Shown here piece by piece: positions 1 to 8,497 of a stretch of DNA of 32,000 nt. Within the stretch, counting starts at the first letter, position 1. Every line of letters starts with the position of its first letter. The stretch spans positions 390,001-422,000 of the forward strand of contig NZ_CP011035.1 in the NCBI RefSeq assembly GCF_001465295.1, written 5' to 3'. The notes beneath the pieces were generated by a model that had not been told where the DNA came from, searched no databases, and saw only the letters and a program-made list of their open reading frames with translations. The position numbers and the translations under genes were made by a program. This DNA is from Pseudoalteromonas translucida KMM 520. Lineage in GTDB: Bacteria > Pseudomonadota > Gammaproteobacteria > Enterobacterales > Alteromonadaceae.

Positions 1-969
1 TTCTTTTTCACGTGGCTCTTCGTAACGATACGCTGACTCGTACTTACCAATTATATCGCTTAAGCCATTGTTTGCATTTAAGCTGTTGCTATGAACAATT
101 GAACGACCTTCGCTTTCTTGTTTTTGATAAAAATAGTTAAGCGTACCTTCAAAAGACTCACTCGCTTTATAACGAACTGATATACGCCCTGTAGTGGTGG
201 TTTCGCCGTTGGCATCTTTTACTTGTTTAAGGTTGTTGTTAACGGCATCAGTATTGCTCCAATCAGGATCGCTAAGCGATACTCCCGGCTCACGAACAAC
301 ATAATTGTAATCTACAAAACCCGGATCTTTATATAGGTTTAAGCTAGTACGTATAGCAAGTTTATCTTCAATAATTGGTAAGTTGAAAATAAAGCCACCT
401 TCACCACCTACTGAGTCACTTTCTTGGGTTTGGAAAACATCACCGTAAATTTCGCCTGAGGTAAAATCAAGCTCTGGCGCTTTTAGCATGTAACGAATGG
501 CGCCGCCTAATGTACCTGCGCCATATAATGTACCTTGTGGTCCAATAAGTACTTCTACGCGCTCAATATCAACGAGGCGCATATCAACACTTACCGGAAT
601 TTCGTTGATATAAGTTGCGACAGTGCCGCCATCTGACGCTGGACCCGATGAGTTAGTATTTAAACCACGTACAATAATAGGTGAACCTTCGCGGCCACCT
701 TGGTCAGTAATTGTTAAACCAGGAACCCAGCGTGCTACATCGGCAAGTTCACTAATGTTTTGATCTTTCATTACATCAGCGTCAAGCGCGGTTATATTAA
801 GTGGTGCTGCTTGCACAGAGCCGCTGCGTCGTGTTGCCGTAACCTCTATAACTTCAAGTGATTTGTTTTTTGTAACCACTTGTTCTTGAGCTGAAGCGGT
901 ATTAGAGAATAAAACCACACTCGAAAGTGTGCTTGAAATAGCCAAGGTTAACAGGCTTGGTTTAAACAT
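1..969 (-). CDS. TonB-dependent receptor, N-terminal part (signal peptide and plug); the 3' end lies outside the window
   Basis: Not in the ORF track because no stop codon falls in the window. Manual translation from the ATG at 969-967 gives 323 in-frame codons down to position 1. They read MFKPSLLTLAISSTLSSVVLFSNTASAQ (signal peptide), then ...IEVTATRR...PGLTITDQGGREGSPIIVRGLN...VERVEVLIGPQGTLYGAGTLGGAIRYMLK, typical plug-domain motifs. Confidence 0.85.
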   Translation of the reverse strand, partial: MFKPSLLTLAISSTLSSVVLFSNTASAQEQVVTKNKSLEVIEVTATRRSGSVQAAPLNITALDADVMKDQNISELADVARWVPGLTITDQGGREGSPIIVRGLNTNSSGPASDGGTVATYINEIPVSVDMRLVDIERVEVLIGPQGTLYGAGTLGGAIRYMLKAPELDFTSGEIYGDVFQTQESDSVGGEGGFIFNLPIIEDKLAIRTSLNLYKDPGFVDYNYVVREPGVSLSDPDWSNTDAVNNNLKQVKDANGETTTTGRISVRYKASESFEGTLNYFYQKQESEGRSIVHSNSLNANNGLSDIIGKYESAYRYEEPREKE

Positions 970-1308
970 AAAAAATGATCCTAATGCAATTAGTTATAAT
1001 GAGTAAGTAAGGATTTTAGTTTATCAGGGTGGAATACATCTGGGAATAAAAATATGAATTATAATTCACTTTTATAGAATAAATATCAAATCTAAGTTTG
1101 TTTAGATTAATAAATAACCATTGGTAACAGTTGCTTGCTTAAAAAGCATTCAGCGTGCTCTTACAGCTTAGTTGTTAAAAGCTAAACAGTAGTAAAATTT
1201 ATAGCAAGATGCTGAGTAGCAAGTGGCATTACACTGATGAGCAAAACTGTTATGCATTTAAATGCAGGTAAAGGGTTAAAGTAACAAGTATAAATGATAC
1301 AAAAACAT

Positions 1309-1627
1309 GGCCGTTTTCATTAGAAAATTAAAGCCACTAGAGGTTAGGGCATATTTATCTTTTGAAGTTGTAGCAGTGCGTTTGGTTTTTAGGTTAGGCA
1401 GAGCCTATGTAATGTGGGTATTCATCATAAGTAGGCGATAACGACGCATAAATGCCAAACACGCGCTGCCCGAAGGGTTATATCTAGGGGAGTAACTTTT
1501 CCTGCATGGATGTAAGCCAGTAAACTAAAGCAGGAGCAGTTATCGAGCCCATTAGCTTACAAATTTCGCGCCGGGATTAAATTGCCCCTAAATTGAACAA
1601 ATATTAATCCCTAAGGTTAATACGGCC
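1309..1627. repeat. Imperfect long inverted repeat (arms about 1309-1357 and 1577-1627) enclosing about 220 bp of non-coding sequence; possibly a decayed MITE or a structured RNA
   Basis: The left arm and the reverse complement of the right arm share collinear blocks: GGCCGT, TTAG(A/G)n-ATTAA and TTAGGG(G)CA-T(A)TTTA. Spacing from GGCCGT to the TTAGGG block is 29 vs 30 nt. An inner helix is also possible between 1372-1385 and 1454-1468. Confidence 0.35.
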
Positions 1628-1648
1628 TACTGACTTAATGAGGATAGA

Positions 1649-2509
1649 TTAACTGCTGCTTTGTGGTTTTGAGGTTGAACTGCCAACAGAAGCAATAATT
1701 ACCAGTAATATTGCCAGCCACTGCCAAATAGACAATAGTTCGCCTAATATGAGTAATCCGGCTAATGCTGCAATTGCGGGCTCTAAGCTCATCATAATAC
1801 TAAAGCCTTGCGACGACATATTACGCAAAGTGATCATTTCTAGGGTATACGGCAGGGCGCTTGAGAGTATTGCAATAGCAATACCTAACGGAATAATATC
1901 CCAACTGAATGAAGAGGCTTGCAAAATTCCGCCATAGGGCACAAGTACAATGGCCGAAATAGTCATACCCATAGCCACAGTTGCACCACCAGATCCTTGA
2001 TTACCGGTTTTTTTACCAAAAAGAATATAACCCGCCCAACATGCACCAGCGGCAAGCGCCAATATAACGCCAACCGGATCTAGGCTTTCTTGGCCTTTCA
2101 TATCAGGCAGTAGTAATAAAATACCCGCAATAGCACAGCCTACCCAAAATAGATCACGCTTACGGCGCGATGAAAATAATGCAACTGCTAATGGGCCGGT
2201 AAATTCAAGTGCAACACCAATACCCAGTGGAATACGCTCTATGGCGTAATAAAACAAAATGTTCATACCGCCGAGGCTCAGGCCGTAAATTAAAATAGGA
2301 AATCGTTGGCCTGCTGCAGGGAAGTGTTTCCATGGTTTAAAAATCAGACATAAAATAGTGGCAGAAAAGCCTAAACGTAGTGCAGTAGTCCCTTCAGGGC
2401 CTACAATAGGGAAGAGTTGCTTGGCAAGCGACGCACCAGATTGAATAGTTACCATAGCGAGCAATATACAAAAAACAGCGAGTAAGAGTTCTTTCGTAGA
2501 TGAATGCAT
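1649..2509 (-). CDS. rhtA: EamA/DMT-family threonine/homoserine exporter (RhtA-like)
   Basis: 286 aa with 10 predicted TM helices. Long stretches match E. coli RhtA from memory: IQSGASLAK.LFP.VG..G.TALRL, GGMN.LFY, PLGI.VALEFTGPLAVALFSSRR, LPY.LEMI. AAGGA RBS before the ATG. Confidence 0.85.
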   Translation of the reverse strand: MHSSTKELLLAVFCILLAMVTIQSGASLAKQLFPIVGPEGTTALRLGFSATILCLIFKPWKHFPAAGQRFPILIYGLSLGGMNILFYYAIERIPLGIGVALEFTGPLAVALFSSRRKRDLFWVGCAIAGILLLLPDMKGQESLDPVGVILALAAGACWAGYILFGKKTGNQGSGGATVAMGMTISAIVLVPYGGILQASSFSWDIIPLGIAIAILSSALPYTLEMITLRNMSSQGFSIMMSLEPAIAALAGLLILGELLSIWQWLAILLVIIASVGSSTSKPQSSS

Positions 2510-2812
2510 TGTTTTCCTTGTATATCACTATTAAATTTGGCGCATTCTACCTGTTTTTGATACTCGAGGTAAACTTATTCGATAAACAACATATTAAGCA
2601 ACTTTCGCTTTGTTCTTGTTAAAGAAAACATATGTTGTTGCGGCTGTTAAGCTTATTGCTTCACAAGCTCAAAAGTAGTTAAAAACGTATGAGCGTTAGC
2701 TATTAAACTAACACTCATATTGTGAACTACCCACCGACACCGCTTCGTGTCGATCAATGGGTTTTCTCGGAGTTTTTTGGATAAAACGGCTAATAGGTTC
2801 TACAGCAAAGGT

Positions 2813-3817
2813 TTAATTAGTCTCAAAAGCTTTATCGTTTGGGTATACAACACCTAATTGCGCGCGAGCGGTATCAAGTACATGCATTACATCAATACTC
2901 AGCTGGTGTGTATTAATATCCGATTGTAGCGCTTTTTGTGTAATCATTTGCATAAAATGATCAACTTCATGTTTCATAAAATGCTCATCAAAAGGCTGCG
3001 ACAGTAGTTCGCGCTCACCGTTATTAGCAATAAACTCTACTTTTTTGAGTTGCGATACAGCTTCTATTCTAATGCGGCCAAGTTCGCCTTGTATTTCGGT
3101 AATATTATCGCCTTGCGATATTTTAGAGTAGCTGATCACCGCTTGTTTATCGTGGTAATTTAAAAGTACATCGCCTGCACCGTCTACGCCGGTATCAAGG
3201 AGTACACCGCTTGCGTGTACACTGTTTGGTGCGCCCCACAGTGCTATTAATAAATACAGCGGATAAATGCCTAAATCAACCAAAGCACCATTAGCAAATT
3301 GAGGTAAAAAGGTATTTGGGCGCTCGCCATTTTTATATTTATCGTAGCGCGATGAATACTGACTGTATTGGCCAATAAACTTACGCGGTGTACCAATTTT
3401 TAGCATGGCTTGTTGCAACAGTGCAAAGTTGGGTAAATGCGTGGTCATCATGGCTTCCATGTATAACCGTTGATGTTTTTTAGCAGTTGCTATAATAGTG
3501 GCTAATTCGGCACTATTAGCCGCCGCTGGTTTTTCTCCAAGTACATGTTTACCTGCTGCTAAACATTGCACTGCATATAGCTGATGTAAGCTATTAGGTG
3601 CGGCAATATAAACGGCATCTACGTGCTCGTCTTGGCAAACTTGTTCTATTGAGGTAAATATTTTTGCTTGAGTATTTTTTGGGTGTTTAGCTAAAAAGGC
3701 TTCGCCGCTCGTTGTTGCGCGCGAGCATACACCATATAAATTAAAATCGATTAAGGTGTTGGCTGCTTTTAATAAGGTATCGCTAATAAAATTAGTACCG
3801 ACAATAACAAAGTTCAT
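2813..3817 (-). CDS. Gfo/Idh/MocA-family NAD(P)-dependent oxidoreductase
   Basis: The track ORF (2813..3910) overlaps the AraC gene. The internal ATG at 3817 gives MNFVIVGTNFIS..., a Rossmann N-terminus. The family-typical motifs DAVYIAAPNSLH and GKHVLGEKP are present. Confidence 0.8.
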   Translation of the reverse strand: MNFVIVGTNFISDTLLKAANTLIDFNLYGVCSRATTSGEAFLAKHPKNTQAKIFTSIEQVCQDEHVDAVYIAAPNSLHQLYAVQCLAAGKHVLGEKPAAANSAELATIIATAKKHQRLYMEAMMTTHLPNFALLQQAMLKIGTPRKFIGQYSQYSSRYDKYKNGERPNTFLPQFANGALVDLGIYPLYLLIALWGAPNSVHASGVLLDTGVDGAGDVLLNYHDKQAVISYSKISQGDNITEIQGELGRIRIEAVSQLKKVEFIANNGERELLSQPFDEHFMKHEVDHFMQMITQKALQSDINTHQLSIDVMHVLDTARAQLGVVYPNDKAFETN

Positions 3818-3854
3818 ACTCAACTCTATAAATTCATAAAAAGTGATACGCAGT

Positions 3855-4856
3855 TTAACAATTATTTGTTCTAAATGCGCGAGGAGAACAGCCAAACCAG
3901 CGTTTAACACTGGCGCTTAATGTGGCTTGTTCTTGATAACCCAACAATTCTGATATGGTTGATATAGTAAGTTGCCCTTGCGTTAAATAGTGCTGCGCAA
4001 GTGCACGGCGCGTAGCATCTTTGAGCTTTACAAAGCTGGTATTATGCTTAGCTAGTTTGCGATGTAAAGTACGTGGATGCATATTAAGCGCCGCAGCAAT
4101 AGTGTGATTAGAGCACTGATAAATAGGCAGCATGGGGCGCATTAACGCGCTTACTTGAATGGGTAATGGGCTGTTGTATTGACTATTTTTAGCTAAAAAG
4201 TTTCGTGCAGCCTCTACGTTAGTCAGCTCCCCTTGTTCAAGTGCTATGCTTAAGTCTTGTTTTGCAATCACAATACCCGCGCTGTTGCGGTGCTCTATTA
4301 CTTTACAGTCAAAATAGCTGCTATAAGCATACTTATTGGTGGTGAGCTTTTGTGGTAAAAAAACTGTGATAGGTTTGCATTGGTTATTACTAAGCTTTTT
4401 AATCGCTCCCATGGCTAAGCCAATTGTTAGTTCGGTAACTTGGTTAATGTTAGGCAGCGGGTTAAGATTAATTTCGAACGATAAAAACAAGTTTTTATCG
4501 TTCTCTAATGGATGAGCCGTAAGCCTAAGAGCAGGGCTGTGCAAATGTAAGTATTTAACCACCCAATCTAGTGCATCACTTAAATAGGTCCCGCTTTTAG
4601 CGGCAATAGAAATATAACCCAAAATATCAAAACTTTGTCGGTTGGCGAGCTTTAAGCCAAAGCTGGGGCAATTAAATTGTTGTGCGCAGTATTCTAATAA
4701 TGCTGCATAGCAACGATAGCTTACATATTGGTTTTCGAGCTGAGTAAAATCAACGTTAATATTACACGCCTGCATAACGGTAGCTACATTTGCGCCAAAT
4801 TCTAAAATTAGCGTATCAATACCTTGTAAAGACGTGGCTCTTATTAAACTGCTCAT
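3855..4856 (-). CDS. AraC-family transcriptional regulator (N-terminal ligand/arabinose-binding-like domain plus C-terminal HTH)
   Basis: 333 aa. The C-terminus (IAAALNMHPRTLHRKLAKHNTSFVKLKDATRRALAQHYL...ISELLGYQEQATLSASVKRWFGCSPRAFR) is a typical AraC double HTH. Confidence 0.85.
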   Translation of the reverse strand: MSSLIRATSLQGIDTLILEFGANVATVMQACNINVDFTQLENQYVSYRCYAALLEYCAQQFNCPSFGLKLANRQSFDILGYISIAAKSGTYLSDALDWVVKYLHLHSPALRLTAHPLENDKNLFLSFEINLNPLPNINQVTELTIGLAMGAIKKLSNNQCKPITVFLPQKLTTNKYAYSSYFDCKVIEHRNSAGIVIAKQDLSIALEQGELTNVEAARNFLAKNSQYNSPLPIQVSALMRPMLPIYQCSNHTIAAALNMHPRTLHRKLAKHNTSFVKLKDATRRALAQHYLTQGQLTISTISELLGYQEQATLSASVKRWFGCSPRAFRTNNC

Positions 4857-4959
4857 AGTTAACCTTTGTTGTTGGTGTCTAAAAATATCAAGTTTTTATG
4901 TTTTTATCTATGCAATATTGTGGTTATGGTTAATGTGTAAAAATTATAAAAGGCATGCT

Positions 4960-6561
4960 ATGAATACAACATTTGACTACATAGTAGTAGGCGCGGGCAG
5001 TGCAGGGTGTGTTATTGCCTCGCGGCTATCAGAAAATGCCAATGTGAGCGTGTGCTTAATTGAAGCAGGCTCTAGCGATAAGAGTGCTTTTGTACAAATG
5101 CCCGCAGGGGTTGCTGCAAGTGTGCCTTATGGTATTAATAGCTGGCATTACAATACAGTAGCGCAAAAAGAGCTGAATAATCGCTGTGGTTTTATGCCAC
5201 GAGGTAAGGTATTGGGTGGCTCAAGCTCTATTAATGCCATGGTGTATATTAGAGGCAATAAATACGATTACGATCAGTGGGCGGCCAATGGTAATAGTGG
5301 CTGGGATTATGACAGTTTATTACCCTACTTTATAAAAGCCGAAAACAATAAAACATTTACCAATAGTGATTTACATGGCACACAAGGACCACTTCACGTA
5401 CAAGAGTTGAATGAACCAAGCCCAGTAAATCAATGTTTTTTAAATGCCTGCGTTGAGCAAGGGGTGAGTTTAAATAACGATATAAATGCAATCGAGCAGC
5501 AAGGTGCTAGGCTTTCACAGGTTACGCAACATAATGGAGAGCGTTGCAGCGCGGCTAAAGCGTACTTAACCCCTCATTTAAAACGTGCAAACTTAACCGT
5601 ATTAACCAATAGCCATGTAAATAAAGTAATAATAAACAATAATATGGCGCAAGGTGTACAAATTGAGCTTAATAAACAGGTAATTAATTTATACGCCAAT
5701 AATGAAGTGATCCTCAGTGCGGGGGCAATTAATTCGCCGCAACTGTTAATGCTTTCAGGGGTTGGCCCCAGGAGTCATTTACACGCGCATAATATTAAAG
5801 TGATTGTACCATTAGAGGGGGTGGGGGCTAACTTACACGACCACCTTACAGTGGTGCCTTTGTATAGAGCAAAAACCAGTAAAGGCACGTTTGGCTTGAG
5901 CATTCCAGGGGCAGCTAGAGTGTTAAAAGGCTGTATAGATTGGTTTAGTAAGCGCCAAGGGTGCTTAACCACCAACTTTGCAGAGTCGCATGCATTTATT
6001 AAGCTATTTGATGACTCCCCCGCGCCTGACGTACAGCTAGAGTTTGTGCTGGGTTTAGTGGATGATCACAGCCGAAAATTACACACCGGCCATGGTTACA
6101 GTATTCATAGTAGTATTATGCGCCCTAAAAGCCGCGGTGCTGTTACGCTAGCCGATTGCGATCCGCGCAGCGCACCGCTAATCGATCCTAATTATTTAAG
6201 CCATCCCGACGATTTAAACGTAATGTTACAAGGGCTTAAAAAAACACTACAAATAATGCAAAGCAGTGCATTTGATGCCATTCGTGGTGACATGGTTTAC
6301 CCGCTTGATATAAATAACGATGAGCAATTAATTGCATTTATTCGGCAAACGGCCGATACCGAATACCACCCGGTAGGTACTTGTAAAATGGGTAATGATC
6401 CACTTGCAGTGGTTGACAATGAGCTGCGAGTTTACGCTATACAAGGGCTACGCGTAGTAGATGCCTCAATTATGCCTAGCATAATAACCGGTAACACCAA
6501 TGCCGCGGTTATTGCTATTGCTGAAAAAGCGGCCGATTTAATTAAGCAGGCTAATTCTTAA
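4960..6561 (+). CDS. GMC-family FAD oxidoreductase (choline/alcohol dehydrogenase-like)
   Basis: I chose the start at ATG 4960 (MNTTFDYIVVGAGSAGCVIASRLSE, an FAD GxGxxG motif). The GMC signatures RGKVLGGSSSINAMVYIRG and ...EYHPVGTCKMG... are present. The track's 42-aa N-terminal extension overlaps the AraC start and looks artefactual. Confidence 0.9.
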   Translation: MNTTFDYIVVGAGSAGCVIASRLSENANVSVCLIEAGSSDKSAFVQMPAGVAASVPYGINSWHYNTVAQKELNNRCGFMPRGKVLGGSSSINAMVYIRGNKYDYDQWAANGNSGWDYDSLLPYFIKAENNKTFTNSDLHGTQGPLHVQELNEPSPVNQCFLNACVEQGVSLNNDINAIEQQGARLSQVTQHNGERCSAAKAYLTPHLKRANLTVLTNSHVNKVIINNNMAQGVQIELNKQVINLYANNEVILSAGAINSPQLLMLSGVGPRSHLHAHNIKVIVPLEGVGANLHDHLTVVPLYRAKTSKGTFGLSIPGAARVLKGCIDWFSKRQGCLTTNFAESHAFIKLFDDSPAPDVQLEFVLGLVDDHSRKLHTGHGYSIHSSIMRPKSRGAVTLADCDPRSAPLIDPNYLSHPDDLNVMLQGLKKTLQIMQSSAFDAIRGDMVYPLDINNDEQLIAFIRQTADTEYHPVGTCKMGNDPLAVVDNELRVYAIQGLRVVDASIMPSIITGNTNAAVIAIAEKAADLIKQANS

Positions 6562-6581
6562 ATTAATCCTTAAGTTAAACC

Positions 6582-7385
6582 TTAAGTATAAAAGGTATTA
6601 AGCCATTGCTGCCAGTCGTGTTCTAGGCGCAGCATTTGCTGATGCTTTTTGGCATTTAAATGTTTGTTTTCGTCCTCGGTTGCCATATAGGGGCCAACAC
6701 GACAAAGTGGGCAGTGATTTGGGGTTAAATAATGCGGCAAAGTAAGATGACAGCTTAACTCGCTATGTTGTTTTGGGCTAAATACATAGGTAATACCGCT
6801 GGTGTCTTTTACGTGTTTATCGCGATCAACATTGCGAATTTTATAACCAGAAAAGCGGCTAATATCAAACGGCATTTGCCCTAAATACTCAGCGTTTAAA
6901 TGTGCATTTAAACTGCCTTCTATATTCCACTCTCGGTAAGGCTTTACATCTTTTGAAGTGATATAGCACAGCATTGGACCATTGGGGTTAAGTGCATACT
7001 CGTTAGCGTATTTTATAAATTGGTGCAGTAAAGCACGATTTAAAACGTTCATACTGGTTTGTTGAGTATTGTGTTCAAACGCTTCGCGGCCCACAAAGGC
7101 AGGAATAAGCGGAAACTGAAAAATAACCACATCAAAGCTATGTAAGTTAACGTTTAGGTTTTGCCAGCACTGGGGTTTTGTAACATCAAAGCTATTAAGT
7201 ACGGTTACCTTATTGGCTTTTAAAGTGCTTAGTGCATTGTCTTGATATTTATGCTCAATAGTGGCTGCGTCATCAAACGTAGAGGCAACCAATAAGCTTG
7301 GTTTTAGGTGTTGATGCAGCGCGTTAGAAAACGATAAATCGCCATCGCCCACTGTAAGTATTTTCCATTTGGGATTTAGGTACAT
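6582..7385 (-). CDS. DUF2431/BMT5-like Rossmann methyltransferase with a C-terminal C2H2 (zf-met/U1-like) zinc finger
   Basis: The N-terminus KILTVGDGDLSFSNAL and the motif FDVVIFQFP resemble the BMT5/DUF2431 signatures (vGeGdFSF, FD.I.FNFPH). The C-terminus HCPLCRVGPYMATEDENKHLNAKKH has the pattern C-x2-C-x13-H-x5-H (C225, C228, H242, H248; DNA 6642-6713). Confidence 0.7.
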   Translation of the reverse strand: MYLNPKWKILTVGDGDLSFSNALHQHLKPSLLVASTFDDAATIEHKYQDNALSTLKANKVTVLNSFDVTKPQCWQNLNVNLHSFDVVIFQFPLIPAFVGREAFEHNTQQTSMNVLNRALLHQFIKYANEYALNPNGPMLCYITSKDVKPYREWNIEGSLNAHLNAEYLGQMPFDISRFSGYKIRNVDRDKHVKDTSGITYVFSPKQHSELSCHLTLPHYLTPNHCPLCRVGPYMATEDENKHLNAKKHQQMLRLEHDWQQWLNTFYT

Positions 7386-7388
7386 AAG

Positions 7389-7793
7389 TTATTTAGTATT
7401 TTTATCGCTACTTGTAATGATAACGTCGGCGTTATTATTTAGCGTTTGTTGCTCATATAAACGCAGCATGGCTAAACGTGTTTTTAACCCTTCAATGGCC
7501 ACTTGCTTAAGTATAAGGTTAAAGGTAATTAAAATAGCGAACATAATATGAATAGGGCCATGGGTAAAGCCAGCGTCTATGTCGTAAATAGATAAACCAA
7601 ACAAAACAAATAATACCACCATTAGTATTTCAATGAGTTGATTAGAATAAAAGCTCAGACGGCCTTCACTTTTGTGGTCTTTTTTTATACTAATGGCGCA
7701 AAAAAATGGAATAACTTTAATTTTAAATACCGCTTTTTTTTCTACGTAGTTTTCGCCAAGCGTATTAAGTTGCTGGCGTAATTGGTCAATCAT
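7389..7793 (-). CDS. Hypothetical small membrane protein (134 aa, 2-3 predicted TM helices)
   Basis: ORF with an AAGGG RBS. Its stop lies 3 bp before the start of the methyltransferase gene, so the two are tightly coupled. I recognise no family. Confidence 0.55.
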   Translation of the reverse strand: MIDQLRQQLNTLGENYVEKKAVFKIKVIPFFCAISIKKDHKSEGRLSFYSNQLIEILMVVLFVLFGLSIYDIDAGFTHGPIHIMFAILITFNLILKQVAIEGLKTRLAMLRLYEQQTLNNNADVIITSSDKNTK

Positions 7794-7821
7794 GGTGTGC
7801 CCTTAAGCGCAATAGTTTAAA

Positions 7822-8241
7822 TTAGTTAGGGTAAATGCTCATACCAATAGTAAATATATGGCATACAAACACCACAGAGGTGAGTACAAAACGCATTTTT
7901 TGATAATCTTTATGGTAGCTTTGCCATTGTGGTGATGCTTTTTCAAAAATAAGCACTAACCAAAAGCTTACCGCTAACCACGCAAGCGCCCATTCAACCG
8001 GTAAAAATGATAAAAACGGTACAGGTATAACTACAATAATAGCTTTTATAGCATTGCTGTAACTTTGCTCACCAGCACGCCATAAATTACCCGCCATAAA
8101 GGCTAAAATAGCAATACTGTAAAAAGTAAAAAACTCTAAGTTTACACTGTTACTGCCAAACATTAGTGGCCAACCAACACAGCCTAAAAATGGGAGCAAA
8201 CCCAAGTAGCCTAGTTGTATGTGGTTAATAAATTTTTCCAT
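7822..8241 (-). CDS. DUF3429-like integral membrane protein (139 aa)
   Basis: Four hydrophobic segments. LGYLGLLPF and YSIAILAFMAGNLW resemble DUF3429 motifs. The family name is recalled from memory and not verified. Confidence 0.55.
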   Translation of the reverse strand: MEKFINHIQLGYLGLLPFLGCVGWPLMFGSNSVNLEFFTFYSIAILAFMAGNLWRAGEQSYSNAIKAIIVVIPVPFLSFLPVEWALAWLAVSFWLVLIFEKASPQWQSYHKDYQKMRFVLTSVVFVCHIFTIGMSIYPN

Positions 8242-8353
8242 AACAGCACGCCTCGTTTATATGGTGGGTATTTAGCGCGGCTATTGTAACAGTATTACTA
8301 ATAGCTACCTTAAAAAATTGCGTATAAAAGTAATTTGCCAAACCCCCATCTCA

Positions 8354-8387
8354 AAAACTGATTGAATCAATCTAAACAATCAGTTTT
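8354..8387. promoter_or_regulatory. Perfect 11-bp inverted repeat (AAAACTGATTG-N12-CAATCAGTTTT) in the divergent ahpC / DUF3429-like promoter region
   Basis: Read directly from the sequence. It sits about 110 bp from both divergent start codons. A nested palindrome GATTGAaTCAATC overlaps the left arm. Confidence 0.35.
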
Positions 8388-8497
8388 ATTTAAATTCTCA
8401 TTGCTCTTATAGTATTAATCAAGCCAACGCAGAGGGTCGTTTAAAACGATAGCGTTGATTACTTTTTAAATACATTAAACATAAATGAGGAAATACC

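Noticed and set aside
1200-1345. Cobalamin riboswitch upstream of the truncated TonB-dependent receptor, suggested by GCCACT-like strings at about 1222 (minus strand) and 1333 (plus strand)
   Set aside because: Only a 6-nt fragment of the B12 box is present. The surrounding conserved elements are absent, and the receptor's plug sequence does not look BtuB-like.
1307-1441. 44-aa ORF (MAVFIRKLKPLEV...) in the long intergenic gap
   Set aside because: It has no RBS, and its composition is hydrophobic/basic as expected from random AT-rich sequence. It overlaps the inverted-repeat arm, so it is more likely non-coding.
4834-4959. N-terminal extensions in the ORF track: 4834-4959 of the GMC ORF, 3818-3910 of the Gfo/Idh/MocA ORF and 20514-20561 of the isochorismatase ORF
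   Set aside because: The extensions overlap neighbouring genes or lack an RBS. The internal ATGs give canonical family N-termini, and an RBS precedes each one.
7734-7741. A8/T8 homopolymer tracts inside coding regions (7734-7741 in the 134-aa ORF; 15601-15608 in the GGDEF gene), considered as phase-variation switches
   Set aside because: Eight-nt A/T runs encoding Lys-Lys are common in a ~40% GC genome, and there is no evidence of frameshifted alleles in the window.
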